This document shows, one piece after another, positions 40,278 through 52,790 of a stretch of 64,000 nucleotides of DNA. Numbering within the stretch: position 1 is the first letter of the stretch; every line of letters begins with the position of its first letter. A program made the position numbers and the translations under genes. Origin of the DNA: Nymphaea colorata (taxonomy: Eukaryota); the NCBI RefSeq assembly GCF_008831285.2, contig NC_045138.2:20646001-20710000 (forward strand). Direction: 5' to 3'. A model generated the notes under the pieces. It ran no database searches and was not told the origin of the DNA. It was given only the letters and a program-made list of their open reading frames with translations.

Positions 40278-40621
40278 TGTTTCTTTTTTCTTTTCCTTAA
40301 CTTTTTTTGTTATTGACAAGATTTACCCTTTCTCTTTCGGTTTTTCATTTGTCCTTTGTTGCAATATTCCTCAGACAATTAGCAACATTATCTGTCTTTC
40401 TTCTATTTTCCCCGTCTTTGTTAGCTCTTTTCTGACCTTGCATTCACCAACACAGCTAATTACCAAATGGCAATAGATTTTCCTCCATGCTTGTTTAAAC
40501 AAACTTCCATTCCTTTAAACTCCCTCCACAGTTGGGAATCTTAAGGAATAACAAGCAAATGAAATATTATTAACAGTCAGAACCGCAAAGCGCCATCAAT
40601 ATGCATACCTCAACGGCACTG

Positions 40622-42963
40622 ATTTTGTCTGCCCAAGATATATAATTTTCTATATAATTTATAAAATACAGCACATGATAGCTAAACATGTTAATAGCAA
40701 GAAGAAAAATATAAACTTAACCCAATCAATGTAACTGAAAAAATTATAGCTTCTGCCGCGGCTTTATGCCATTTCTTACATAAAAAAAAGATTTTAAAAT
40801 AGTTTAAATTAAATAATTATTTACTATTCAATTTGAAAAAAAATGTCCGTACGCATTTAAACGTTTCGTTGGGGCAAATCGAATTTCCTTTTTCCTGCCC
40901 GTTAAACGTGAGTTGAAGAAAATGTCCGTTGGACGATTTTTCCGTGAAATTTCGGATCAACTTTCCCGTTCGATGAAAAAGCCCGTTAGGGCTGGCATGG
41001 TGTGCGTCGCCTTGTGCCGCAGCCGCCGTCCTCCTCCTTGCAGCTTCCTTCTCCCTCCTCTAGTCCTGCATGGGTGAGCGGAACCGGGTCGGCGGTAAAC
41101 AGTTTTCACCCGGCGACGTCTGCTCAGTGTGCCGGCTGCCGTGAAGTCTTCCAAGCTCGTCCGGAAGCCTGCTTCAAAAGAGATTGTTTAAGAAGGCGCT
41201 GGAGCTCTTCGTGTTCTGCGAAGCTTTTGTTCCTCTCATCGTCTTCTTCACCAGCGGAAAGCTCTGAGATTTTCATCTACTGCAGGTTCCTCTCCCCCCA
41301 CTCCCTCTCCTGCAATGAATTAGATAGATTGTGTTCTGTCCTGCTATTTCCTTGTCCTATTTCTCCTTTCTTACGTTGTTCAGGTTGGATAGATTTGAGC
41401 GATCTTTTCCTCGCTTTCATCTCCGAAGTTGAGGGTCTTCTATTCCTGCCACTAGTTGCGGACGATTTTAATCCATAGGCATCCGCTTTTTTTTTTTTTG
41501 TTTCGTGAGATTGAGATTCCCTGATTTCCTTTGTTTTTTTGTTTTTCATGGTCGTGTTTTTTAAGGGCTTTTATTTTCTGACCCGAGAATGGTATATTCG
41601 TTTTCTGCCGACCGTTTACGGCCTTACACTCTGTTCCAGGAATGAAACCCTGCAGGGTTTTCTTTTAATAGAATTTGGCAGCAGAACATGGTTTGGCAGT
41701 GTCTTAGACATGAGCCGATAAGCCATGTTTTGCCATACTTGAAGCACTGTTGTAAGGACGATTCCTAAATCGCAAATGCAGGCTGTTTTTATGGTTGAGA
41801 AATTTTTACATTGAAGGTGCGGTTAGGAGCTTGGCAGCACAGTTGGTATGTTTTCTTGTTTCAAGTTCTGTTTTACGTTCTGACGGTCATTAGTGAAATA
41901 GGTTTAGAACGACAGGTTTTGGACTTTCAATTTTTCTTTTTTGCTGACATTAGACTAAAACCATGTACACCTCGTTCTAACTTCAAAATGAGCGTTTTTT
42001 GAACTAGCTGTGATGCTCCAAAAAGATTCGTAACATGGATTTGGCATCACTCAAGCATCTTAAAATTTTACTTATGAATATTGGTATCTCCGAAGAAAAG
42101 AAGAAGAAGAAGGAAAATGAAGGCCAACTTCTTGGGAATTAATTGATAGGAACTCGAATGTTAGAACCAAAACACCATTTGGTTCCAATCAGTATTTTCA
42201 AATACATTGTTCACTTCAGTATGGTCTAAGTTGTAACTGGTGTTTTCTAATAACATCCTATTAGTGGATTTCTGCTAATGAGAAGACCACTTCAATGCTT
42301 GACAAGGATAAGCTCGCAGACTGCTCTTATGCTAGATCTTTCATATGTGTGTATATGTAGATCTTGTGTTTGCCATTGTAGGGAAGCTTTTTCCACAACT
42401 TTTGGTGATATTCAATTATATTTTGCATTCTTTATTTTCTTGGTGACTTGGCATTGGTGCCTTTCATTGAGTTTCATTGTAGGTTTGCATATGTCACTAT
42501 TGTGACTCACATTTTTATGGTATCAGAGCTCTGGTTTGGGCTTTGATTTGCTGATTGTGGATACAGCTTTTTTGTTGGTTCATAAATGTGGTGTTCACCA
42601 ACTATTGGTGAAATTATTGAAGCTACATGTTGTCGATGGACCAAACTTTTGTGCAATCTAAACCTGGTCGTTTGTTTAGGGAGGGAATGTGCTTTACCCA
42701 ATTGTTTGAAACTTCCAATTAGTTGAGGACCTGACACTTATGAGAACCCTTCACCCTTAAACCAACATTTTGTTTTGTACCCTACTTTGATAGGAGAGCC
42801 GATGTAGTTCATTCTTCTACCCAACAAATCCATTTGGTTTCGTAGACACTCCTCTCTTTAGGCGGGCGAGAGTTTCTACTTCTAGGTGATATACCATTTG
42901 ATGCCAATAAGCTTTTTGAAAGTGAAAATTTTTAATTTTACCTAAAAACATTTAAAAAATGTT
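40622..42963 (+). repeat. Duplicated block D, left arm of a 2.3-kb inverted repeat
   Basis: Reverse complement of 55255-57597. Identical translated ORFs appear on opposite strands (41539/56652, 41811/56380, 42278/55913). Confidence 0.97.
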
Positions 42964-44027
42964 TTCTCACATAATGATATACCTTCATCTTATTCTTAAT
43001 ACCTCCTCGAACAGAAGGATTTTGTTGCCAATCATTAGAAGAGGAAATCTGCAAAGATCCTGGATAGGAGCAGTGAAGAAAAATTCAATGAAGCTGAGAA
43101 AGTCATGACTATGAAAGGCTATTGACTTAAGTGATCAAGCGTCTGCAAGGATTTATCAAGAAAATATCTTAGGAGAGAAGCCATAATGCCTTTTAAAATA
43201 TTGGCAGGTAGCAAAATGAGAGTTGAGAGATCGGCTCGGGGCTTGTGTGGCCGTTCTTCTGAGTCAGTAATCGAGAGTACCGGGTAGGCATAAAGGTGAT
43301 TTATGTCTATTCCACGAAGATGAAGACTTATGAACTTTTGACATGTTGAAAACCCCGCAAGGTGAAACAGGTTGGATACATGAAAAAGCTACAGATGACA
43401 ACTAAAGTGGTGGAGCTCAGTAGTAGCCTTTGGGGTGGTGAGGGATTCCCTCAAAGGTGAAGGTCGGCCTAAAGAAAAAATCACAAGCAAAAAAAAAAGG
43501 GCAAAAAGCCGATTGCAAAAAAAAAAAGAAAAAAAGCAAGAAAAACGAAAAAGTTGCCTGTCAAGATATGAATTGCATGAATGTTGAACTCCTAGGAATT
43601 GAATGTAACAGTCTTTTGTGGATGTACGAGTCTTGAGTCAATAGTCATTCCTCTTTTTGACTTTCTAAGATGTTGAGAATGATTCTTTTATGTTCATATT
43701 TTGAAAATTTAAAGATTTTCATTTTTAGAGATTCGACAACATTGATGCGAAATGAATCCTAATGCTTGTACAATATTGAGGGTAATTGAAGGACATATAA
43801 TTTGCACAAGGAGCACTCAAGCTTATGATTTAAATCGATGATTTATGGGCTATTTCAAAATAAAAACTTGACATCTTTTGTTATGTTTCCTAGCTTGTTG
43901 GACCTGTGAGAACTCCCAACCCCTCTTTGTTCTTGAAAGATGTCGTTTTCTTATTACCAAAACGGCTACCCCTCAAACATATTCCATTCATATTGAGTGT
44001 GATGAAAATTTCATATCGTGTGTTTGC

Positions 44028-44272
44028 AGTGTTAGCTGGGCAATGACTTGCATAAAGATAGGTAAACAGTTGTTTGTTTGTGTTTTTTGTTTATTGGCTT
44101 GTCATAATTTGGTAGGAAACCAACTCTATGCCTGTACATTTGAGGCTTGTAGTGTTAGCTGGGCAATGACTTGCATAAAGATAGGTAAACAGTTGTTTGT
44201 TTGTGTTTTTTGTTTATTGGCTTGTCATAATTTGGTAGGAAACCAACTCTATGCCTGTACATTTGAGGCTTG
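44028..44272 (+). repeat. Tandem duplication, 123-bp unit, two copies
   Basis: AGTGTTAGCTGGGCAATG...CATTTGAGGCTTG repeated exactly. Confidence 0.95.
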
Positions 44273-46383
44273 AAACCAGAAATCTCCTAAACTGCATAGA
44301 TAGAGTTGTTGTTGCTGTAAACTTCTATGTTTCCCAAGACCTGTTATCCCTTGGGTTTAGCTTATTTGATTGCAGGGAATCTGATTTAACCCAGTGGTTG
44401 CAAAGTGATTGCAAATGTATATTGAAAACAAAGAATTTTTGCTATAAGTTTGTGAGAAAATTACATATATGATTCCTTGCAGCAACCTGACAAGTTTCTA
44501 GTAATAAATTAGTCTGTCTTTAACCTGAATTTGTGATCTCAGTTCTGCTAGTGTATGCATTAGACAACTTAAGTCAGAGTCATGTATGCTTCTTTGGCAG
44601 TCTTTCAAATTTGTTGATATTCAGTTCCTGTTTACCATAGTCCAATTAGTTTAGAGAGTACAGACTTCAAAGTAGATGTTATTTTGGTTATTTTCTATTT
44701 TATGTCTATCATTTAGGGACAAATTAAAGCGTTTATTTGTCTATCTTACAGCTCCTACATTTTTTTCCAAGTCTCATTTGTTTCCAAGTTGGTGATCACA
44801 GGAACTTTTGAAGAAATTAAAGGGCGGATGCATCTAGAGAATCTTGCATTTTTGGTCTATCTTAGTACATGTTTCACATCTCGAGAATCGTGCATTTTTT
44901 TGAGTCCATCTTAGTATCTGTTTGTTCCCCATATTCGGTACGGACTTGCCACTTATTGGACTTTGGTTATAAATTTAAAATTTGGTGTATGGTTTTCACT
45001 GGTTTTTATAAAAAATATCATTTTTAAGAGATTTAACATAAAAACCACACCAAAATTTTGTTGACATTGCCAGGGCATGGTGAAAGTATACCAAAATTAC
45101 TTCTATTGCCTCTTAGGTAGAATCTGCAACATTGTTTAGTATTCAAGCGGAATCATTCTCATTAAACTTGTAGTCATTAGTGGAAATGTTTGTACTTGTT
45201 TTTTTTTTTTGTGTGCGTGTGGGTGAGGGAGAGATTTTATATCTGGTAGTTAATAAGCATAGGGTTCAACTTAGTTAGTGAATGTAGGATTACTTCATTT
45301 TCTTGGGGTGTTTTTATTTCACCTTTTTTGGCTTGAGTTGTTGAATTATTGAGCTTAAAGTGCAAGAAAAGAGAGATTAGATGGATAGAGTAGAAGTCTA
45401 CTTGTGTTTGATGGTTTAATTGAGTGTTTATTTCTTGATTTTATTGCGGCTCAGCAGTGATAGGTTGTGGAAGAACAAGATCTTGCAAAGCTGGGATCCT
45501 AAAGTTACTTGCTTGAAAAATAAAACTGAACTTTTTTCATACCTTAGTGTAAATGAGAGAAAGAAGGGTAGAACTGTTTGTGAATAATGTGTTATTAACT
45601 AAACTTGCATAGATAGTGAATAATGGGCGGCTCTTTTTCCTTAGAATTAGTATGATCGTTTTGCAGTTACAGTGGGGTGGGGCTATATGTTGATCAGGCG
45701 TCGAGAATATTTTCAAGCCAGTCAACTTTGCGCCCCAACTGAATTTGACATGTTTACCCTAATCCAAGGCCACCTTGGTTGAACAGGTATTTTGGCAGTT
45801 AGGTGGTATTGCCTCTGCATGGGCCATTAAATTTTCGAAGTTGAGGTTAGGATCTAGACAAGGCACAAAAAAAATCCTTGAGCATTAGGGGTACCTTGCA
45901 ATTCTACGTGCTTTTCTGAAAATCATTACTCAATAGTTGTACTGCTCTTCCTCAAGTTAATATGTTCTTAATCCACAATGCATATGTCACACTTTCCTTT
46001 CACCAATGATATCTGCTCAATTGTGTTCCTTGAGACTGGGCTTTCAAAGTTCAAATATAAGCTAAGCTGTTCTTATATGGTGAAGGTTGCTTATCCTATT
46101 CAACACCGTGTTTGGTCTGCTGCTTTGGCGGATCTGAAACACGCTCCCCCTTCAAATATCTTCAGTTTCAGTGCTAATAGACTTAATGATTTCATGATTT
46201 CACATAGTAGAATACTAATGATGCTGAGCTGACCCACAGGTGATCCTAATTTAGCGCAGGAAATTACCTTATATCTTCACTTAGAATGTGATGTAAAGGT
46301 TAGTTAAAAGTCTAAATAATTGGATCTCCAACGAGTAAAAAGATAAGGACAAGAAAGAGAGCATAGTGGTGTTCTTAAGAGCA

Positions 46384-46878
46384 TTAAGAGCATGAATTGA
46401 TCTCCTGAACCCATGAACCTCTCAGTATGCTGCTCTGTAGCATCATGGGCAAAATGTGATGGCTGATAAACTTGTAAGCTGTTTCTCGGTGGCAAGGGTG
46501 GGCAAAATGTGATGGCTGATAAACTTGTAAGCTGTTTCTCGGTGGCAATGGAGACTTACTGGTCATCGGGATGCACATTGCCTAGTTGACGTAATCCATT
46601 GATGGTTGAGACCTGTGAAGAAGTCCATTGACCAGGCGACAGATTGTAGGGTGGCCTGTGAATGGAAGGTGAGTGGTTTATTATATCATGATCATAGCAT
46701 GGATTTATTTTGAAATAAATACCCAAGCATACATACATTATGAAACCCCAAATTATTATTATGTTTTATTGCTTGAACTGTTTTACCATTCTAAAAAGGA
46801 CCAATGCATTCCTGCTTGATGTTGTTAGCCGCATCTTTGAGAGGTTCATGGGTTCAGGAGATCAATTCATGCTCTTAA
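46384..46878. repeat. Perfect 41-bp inverted repeat around a 413-bp spacer (possible MITE or foldback)
   Basis: 46384-46424 TTAAGAGCATGAATTGATCTCCTGAACCCATGAACCTCTCA is the exact reverse complement of 46838-46878. Confidence 0.9.
46446..46548 (+). repeat. Tandem duplication (50 bp, two copies, period 53)
   Basis: TGGGCAAAATGTGATGGCTGATAAACTTGTAAGCTGTTTCTCGGTGGCAA occurs twice. Confidence 0.95.
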
Positions 46879-47392
46879 GAATGCTAGCAGAATTAGTCCC
46901 TTGGTGGAAAAGGGGCCTCAGAAGTGTCTTGCAATAGTCATTTTGAATACAACATGCATGTGTGGTATTAACCTTTTTTTTTAGGCTTATTGTGTAGAAA
47001 ACGAACGGTACAACAAAGCAGGAGGTAGGAACTGGAAGTCTGGAACTATATTGGTGCACTAGATGAATGGTTGAAGGTGCTTTCTCTCTCTCTCTCTCTC
47101 TCTCTTTTGATACTCATTGGTGGGTTTAGGATGTGGGCAATCGTAGAGCCATGTTAAGTTTTTAATCAACATACATGGCCCTCCTCCTCCCCTTAGTCAC
47201 AGCAAGTTCAACAATCTCCCTGGGGGATATAGAGAAAACAATATTGAACTATCTAAAGTTAAGCAGAAAGGATGATGACATGTTAAAGCTAGGTGGCGCA
47301 CTGATGTAATTCAGATTGAACTACAGGCAGCTAAGCCGCAATTGTTGTTGGCCTTTTCAACGGGACTGAGTTATAGGAGTCTTTCTGGAACT

Positions 47393-47870
47393 TGTTGAAC
47401 AGCTTGGAAATTATGACAAAATACAAAGTTGCTGGGCGTTTAATTGTCAAAGCGTTGGGCATTGGGTATAAAAGAGACTGATCTAGTAGTGCAAGGACCT
47501 CAATTGGAAACCACCACAAACATTGAGAGTCTGGGCCCTTTGGCGAGGGAGAACCCTTATTGGGGATTAGGGATGAGCATGCATGCGTTATTGGGTTGCA
47601 ACGGGTGACCCTTGTTAGCGGTGGCCAACAACTGGTATCAGAGCAGTGGTTGATCGATTCCAGCCAAAAGTTTGCTGGATGTCTCAGTTGATCATCCACA
47701 TGCCGTTACAGCCATGATATGAAATTCCTCATGGCTATTTGCTACTGCAAATTGGGATTGAGCTTGTGCCGCCCATAGGAAGTCATGTTTGGACCAGGGA
47801 GTGTTGGAAGGGAGTGTTGGAATCCCCTGGACGTTGTTGGGCCTAGGTGCTGTCAAAACCTACCATACAA
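47393..47870 (+). mobile_element. LTR-retrotransposon/TRIM-like remnant
   Basis: TATAAAAG at ~47467, LTR-like end CAACA (47626-47630), PBS TGGTATCAGAGC (47633-47644), and ~170 bp later AAGGGAG-TGTTGG. No matching second LTR is visible and the boundaries are approximate. Confidence 0.45.
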
Positions 47871-48401
47871 GTGAAAGAGCCCTACCCCATCATACACGTG
47901 AAGCAGCATCAAACTGCACATCACTGCTAGACCTCAGGCCTATTATTGATGGACCTAAGTTATGCGTGATTACAGTTACATAATTTGCTCTTTTGAGAAT
48001 GAGCTATAAAAAGTTTCTTGTCACTTGATTTTTGGATTGTAAAGAGGTCCAACAACCTTTTCATGCTCGTTGTTGGACCTCTTATGCGTGATTATTTCTT
48101 CCAACCGTCGTTTCAGTGGAAGTATTTCTTTGGCAAGCATAGTTCTGGCGACAGATGACAGCTTCTTTCATGAACATATTTAATGAGTCGAGCTCGAGTT
48201 AAAGTGCACTCTAAACTCAGTTAAGCTGGATATAAAGAGGACAAAGAGTACATTTGGGGTGATTACTATGCTTGCCAAAGAAATCGAGACTCCTTTAAGC
48301 AAAAATGCTGAACAAAGTGCGTGCGTACGTCAGATATATTACAAGGTTGCAAAACAGATTTAGCATTTAAATGAGAAAGAGAGTGGGTAATTGCCTAAAT
48401 A

Positions 48402-50930
48402 TGTGGTTGATCGGATGGGGATCGGATGGGGTTGCACGTGAACTCGACCGCTATCCGACGTACGTTCGCTTGAGCCGTCGGCTTTGATACCTACTGGTAG
48501 GACGCAGGCACTGTAGCTGCCCAGAAAACCCAGACTGTGCTGCCGTCCTGACCTCCCAAGATCTCTTCTGGAATGCTGTCGGTGTCTACTGGGGACAAAC
48601 CCAGATTCCCCCAAGGGTTGGGTAAAAGGTACAAGGAGGGCTTTTTCCGCCTACTCTAGGTCTGCCTACTACACAGATGGGTTCAAGTCCTTACAACCGT
48701 TGCGTACAAGAATACTCTCAGCCTCACTCAGGCAAACACGTTGGCCAGTGGCATGACCAAGGCCCTCGGTATCCAGCAACAACGGATGGTAAGTCAGGCG
48801 AGTTCCAGCCTCTTCCACGCTCCCTGTTGCGCCTTGGGAACACCCTCAAACACAAGCAGCAGGGCAATTACCAAGAACGCAATTTACAGGAATAAAGGGG
48901 GGGCGAGTGTAGAGGAGCTTCACCAGACAATAGGGACCCCAGGTGAGACTGGTACCGATTAACGCCGGTGCACGCGCGTTGCCAAGCAGCACAATAGAAA
49001 ACCAAGCAGTCAATGCGTAATCAAACAAGCAAGAACAGTCCGCAAGAACAGTCCCAAGGAGTAGAGAAGCGTCACCGTGTCAACCCCGGCAAGCGCCGTT
49101 CAACGCGCTCCAGCTTCTCACGGTCGAGACTGGCGTGTGTGCAAAGTTCACGGGCAGGGACAGGGATCTAGTCACTTCCGAAGATCACCAAAATTCATCA
49201 AGTGTCCTTTTGAGCCGAATTTTGGTCAGCAGCTCTGCCGGATAGTTTATCCGGATGGGCCAAAGTGGAGCTAGAAAGAACCCAGCATTCGAGTTCTAGC
49301 CCCTAGAGAAGCCCCTCGGTCTGTCACAAGCTGGCTGCTGGAAGACCCTCTGTCATTGAACAGGGCAGCAGACCTTCGAAAAATCCCAGGAATTCACCCC
49401 AGCGTCGGTCGGATGGGGCCCTAAGTTTGGGGGGCAAGGCAAGGTCGTTGAAGGGTTTAGGATCGGAACTGTTACAGGCGGCAGGAGCGTTAGCTTCAGG
49501 TGCAGGACAGGGGAGCTCATTTTTGTGAAATTCACCAAAATTCACTCAAACTTGGATTGAGCTGAAATTTGGTGTGCAGCCTGGGATAATTATCTAGGGA
49601 CGCCCAAAAGATGGGGGGCAAAAGCCCACCCTAAGGTCCAGTCGTTGCTTCCGCAAGCTGCTGGACTGTTACCCGACGAAACAGGGGAAAAACAGGCAGA
49701 GGTTCACCCCGGTGGCGGATGAGGCTGAAATTTGGTAGGAAGGTGGCCAAGGATAATTACGATGGGACGCCCAGAGTTTGGGGGGCAACAGCCCCTAAGC
49801 CAGGTCGTTGGAAGGATTGGGATCGGGATTGTTACAGGAAACAGGGGATCACGGCAGACCACATCGAGGGCCCCTAAGCCAGGTTGGAAGGATTGGGATC
49901 GGGATTGTTACAGGAAACAGGGGATCACGGCAGACCACACCGAGGGTTCTCTTCCTCTCGGTTCAACCCAACCCAGCAACACTCACAAGGAGCGCCGCCA
50001 GTGAGTTGCGCGAGTTCCCTTGGTTCAGCTGGGAACGTTCTGCAGGTTGGTCGGGTGGAGGCACGGACAAGGGCGGACAGCAGCCAGCGAGCTCAGGATT
50101 CCTCAGGATTCCGTCGAATGATCCTTGGCTCAGCTGGGAGTGTGCATCATCAGCAGGCTGGTCGGGTGGAGGAAGCACGGAAAGGGGGGAACAACCAGCA
50201 AGCTTCTGATTCCATCGGGGGTTCGTTGGCAGGGCAGCTGTGGGCAGTCGAATCCTACTCAGAGGGTTCGCGAAGCAGCAGCTTGGACGCGCGGGGGAGA
50301 CAGAAGAAGCAAGGGTTCAAAGGGGAGAAGAGGCGTCAAGAGGTAGGCACGAGAGAGAGACGCGGGGGAGACAGCCCTCGCCATGGCGAGAGTGAACCCT
50401 CGGAGAGAAAATCGCGAGAGGAGAGAGAAATCCAGTTCTTCGTAATAAACAGTATGTGCCTGTACAGTGAAACCGTTTCGCACGATCACCCAAGGGCGGG
50501 GTCGGTCGAGAGCGAGTTTCCCCATTCCCTCGGCGCTTGGCCGGCGTGGCCCTACGTCTTGTCTCAACGGGCTCCTAGACAGGCATCATCCACCCCGCTG
50601 AGTTTTGAGCTTGTCCCCAAACTCGTGCGTAAGGAAACCTGTGGGTGATCTGGGCAAGTTCTCCTCAACCTCAACACTTGAGGTCCCCGGGAAACGTCTC
50701 TCTTTCCCTTCCACAAGATGGACGGTATGGACTGTCTCGCTCCTTAACTCACACACCCAACAAGCTCAACTGGGGTGTGAGGTACCTTGCCAATGAGGCT
50801 CTCGCGGTCTGCGGAGCTCGTCGGGCCATGTACTTGTGTGGGAGGCTTTTCCACGATCATAAACTTGCCTCTGGCTGCTCTTCTAACAATGATAGGAGGA
50901 ACGAGATGGAAGAGCTATCCCACTCGTAAC
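48402..50930. mobile_element. GC-rich, long-LTR-like segment (~2.5 kb)
   Basis: An abrupt GC-rich island bounded by TGTGG... and ...GTAACA, with internal degenerate repeats (GCTGAAATTTGGT...GGGACGCCCA) and no coding domain. The flanks do not form a TSD. Confidence 0.5.
49791..49939 (+). repeat. Tandem repeat (~70-79-bp unit, two copies)
   Basis: GCCCCTAAGCCAGGT..TGGAAGGATTGGGATCGGGATTGTTACAGGAAACAGGGGATCACGGCAGACCACA occurs twice. Confidence 0.9.
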
Positions 50931-52221
50931 AAGGAGCGATGGTAATTGATCTGCCCTTATAGCTGTCTGCTTCCTCCATGCTTCCACTGCGTCACTCTGA
51001 TTCACGTAATTATACTTAGGATCTTCAAAACAAAGCATGGCATAGGGGACTTCACTAGAACCAGACCTGCAAGGGGGATCCTTGCTTGCTTCCCCATTCT
51101 GTACATCAGTTGGGTTAACTCCCAACATCTGGTGACGATCTCAGCCACATTTACTTTCTTCTCGTGTTTTCCTTCGTAGGTTGATTCTTGTGTTGGTGGA
51201 GGCAATCTTTACTGCCTACTATTTTCAGCGGAGGAGCAAGGAGCGGGAGCTGCCTAGGCAGCGCGCATACGCCGGCGTTCAACGGCGCCTGTTTCACCCC
51301 AATCACGCTTGTAGCAGGTTCGATGCTGGGAAGCTGAAACCAGACCTGTTGACCCTGTTAGAAGTCACAGCTTATGTCAGGCTTAGCGGTGCTTGCTTCC
51401 CCCTCAGATTCGTCTATCAACATGGGTTAAATTCAATCCTAACCCATGTGCAAGTGCCGTTCACATGCAACTGCCCATGCAAATTAATATTTGGATCAGA
51501 CAAGTAGGAAGTAACCTCCTCTGTTTGACTGGATTGCATCATTTTAGAAGTGCAGTACTACGAGAATCACAGATGGTTCTGCTGCACCCAATCAACTTGG
51601 TTGATAGTTTACAAGATGGCACGTAAACTTGATAATCCAAAAAATGTGGACGGCAACAAATACTAGTTTAATAAGTTACATTTTTGTAATCAAGTTGGTC
51701 AGAAAATCATAATTAGTAAACATAGCATTTAATCCGATTGGCTTTTACTTTTTAGAAATAGCTATTTATATGATAAAACAACATAGATACTCTTGTAGGC
51801 TTTCAAGCTCATCCCCTCTCATATTCACAACCAATAACTACACTGGGCACCCAAGATGTTCTTAGCCACAGTAAAATATTTAATTTTGTCATCAATTGTT
51901 AACTAATTTCACATTTCAAATAGCTCGTCAGATTAATCACTTATCCTAATATAAAGAGAGAAACAGAAATTGAATTTATCAAGAAATCTTTACAAAATCA
52001 TTAATAGATCTGCCATGTAAGTAAAGATCAGGGCGTTCTTTAAATTCTATAACAAATGTATGAATGACATCAAGGATTTGCATTATATGGTCATTACAAG
52101 AGTTTGTGAACAAGTAAATAAATTTTGATCAGAACTGCCTTTACAATATTTAGGAGACATGTATGTGTTTGTGTTCCATAACTGCGAACATGTCATTACA
52201 TAAATTTGTTAACAAAACTAA

Positions 52222-52790
52222 CAATGCTTTTACGAAGCCGAGGCAATCAGTACAGCCTAGGCATGCCTAGGCTGGACTAAGCACTTTAAGCAAACTAATA
52301 AAATGACACAGTAAAATGTTATTATAGCTACTCACACATATAAACACACAGTTATATAAAGGTCGTTAAAATAATGCTAAATGGTTCAAATAAATATACA
52401 CACATAAGCACACCATTTATTAATATACATACATACATATATACTGCATCATCAAAAGAATGAAGCACAACCTAGGCAGTTAGATGAGCCTAGGTATAAA
52501 GGACATCATACTTTCTGTTTGTATGTGTTTGGGTCATAAAATACCCAACCCATGTGTATTTTATATGCAAGATATCAGAAACACATTAAGCTTAAGTTAT
52601 GACCGTATAGAGAACAGCTATTATATATATTAATTATATATAGGATATAGTCATATTAACAACAATCTATCACAGTCCAGATTTATATAATTTATGGTCA
52701 TACAACAACAATAATCACACCCATCATGTAGCTTAAGTACTTGGACTTAGGCGATGCAGAGGTTGTCTAGGTGCACGCCTCAACAACATA
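52222..52790. mobile_element. Degenerate hAT-like MITE, same family as 17958-18769
   Basis: CCTAGG motifs. The right end GGACTTAGGCGATGCA...ACGCCTCAACAACATAG resembles 18695-18769; the left boundary is uncertain. Confidence 0.5.

Noticed and set aside
42518..42530. tRNA-Met primer site as a sign of an endogenous caulimovirus
   Set aside because: No movement, coat or RT protein ORF nearby; the motif is shared by many LTR elements.
47535..47632. Possible Cassandra TRIM carrying a 5S rRNA-like segment
   Set aside because: Only short words (GGCGAG, GGGTGACC) resemble 5S; there is no continuous A-box/C-box match and no paired LTR.
49732..50648. ORFs of 90-254 aa in the GC-rich island
   Set aside because: Overlapping, low-complexity and repeat-derived, with no domain; expected by chance in GC-rich LTR-like DNA.
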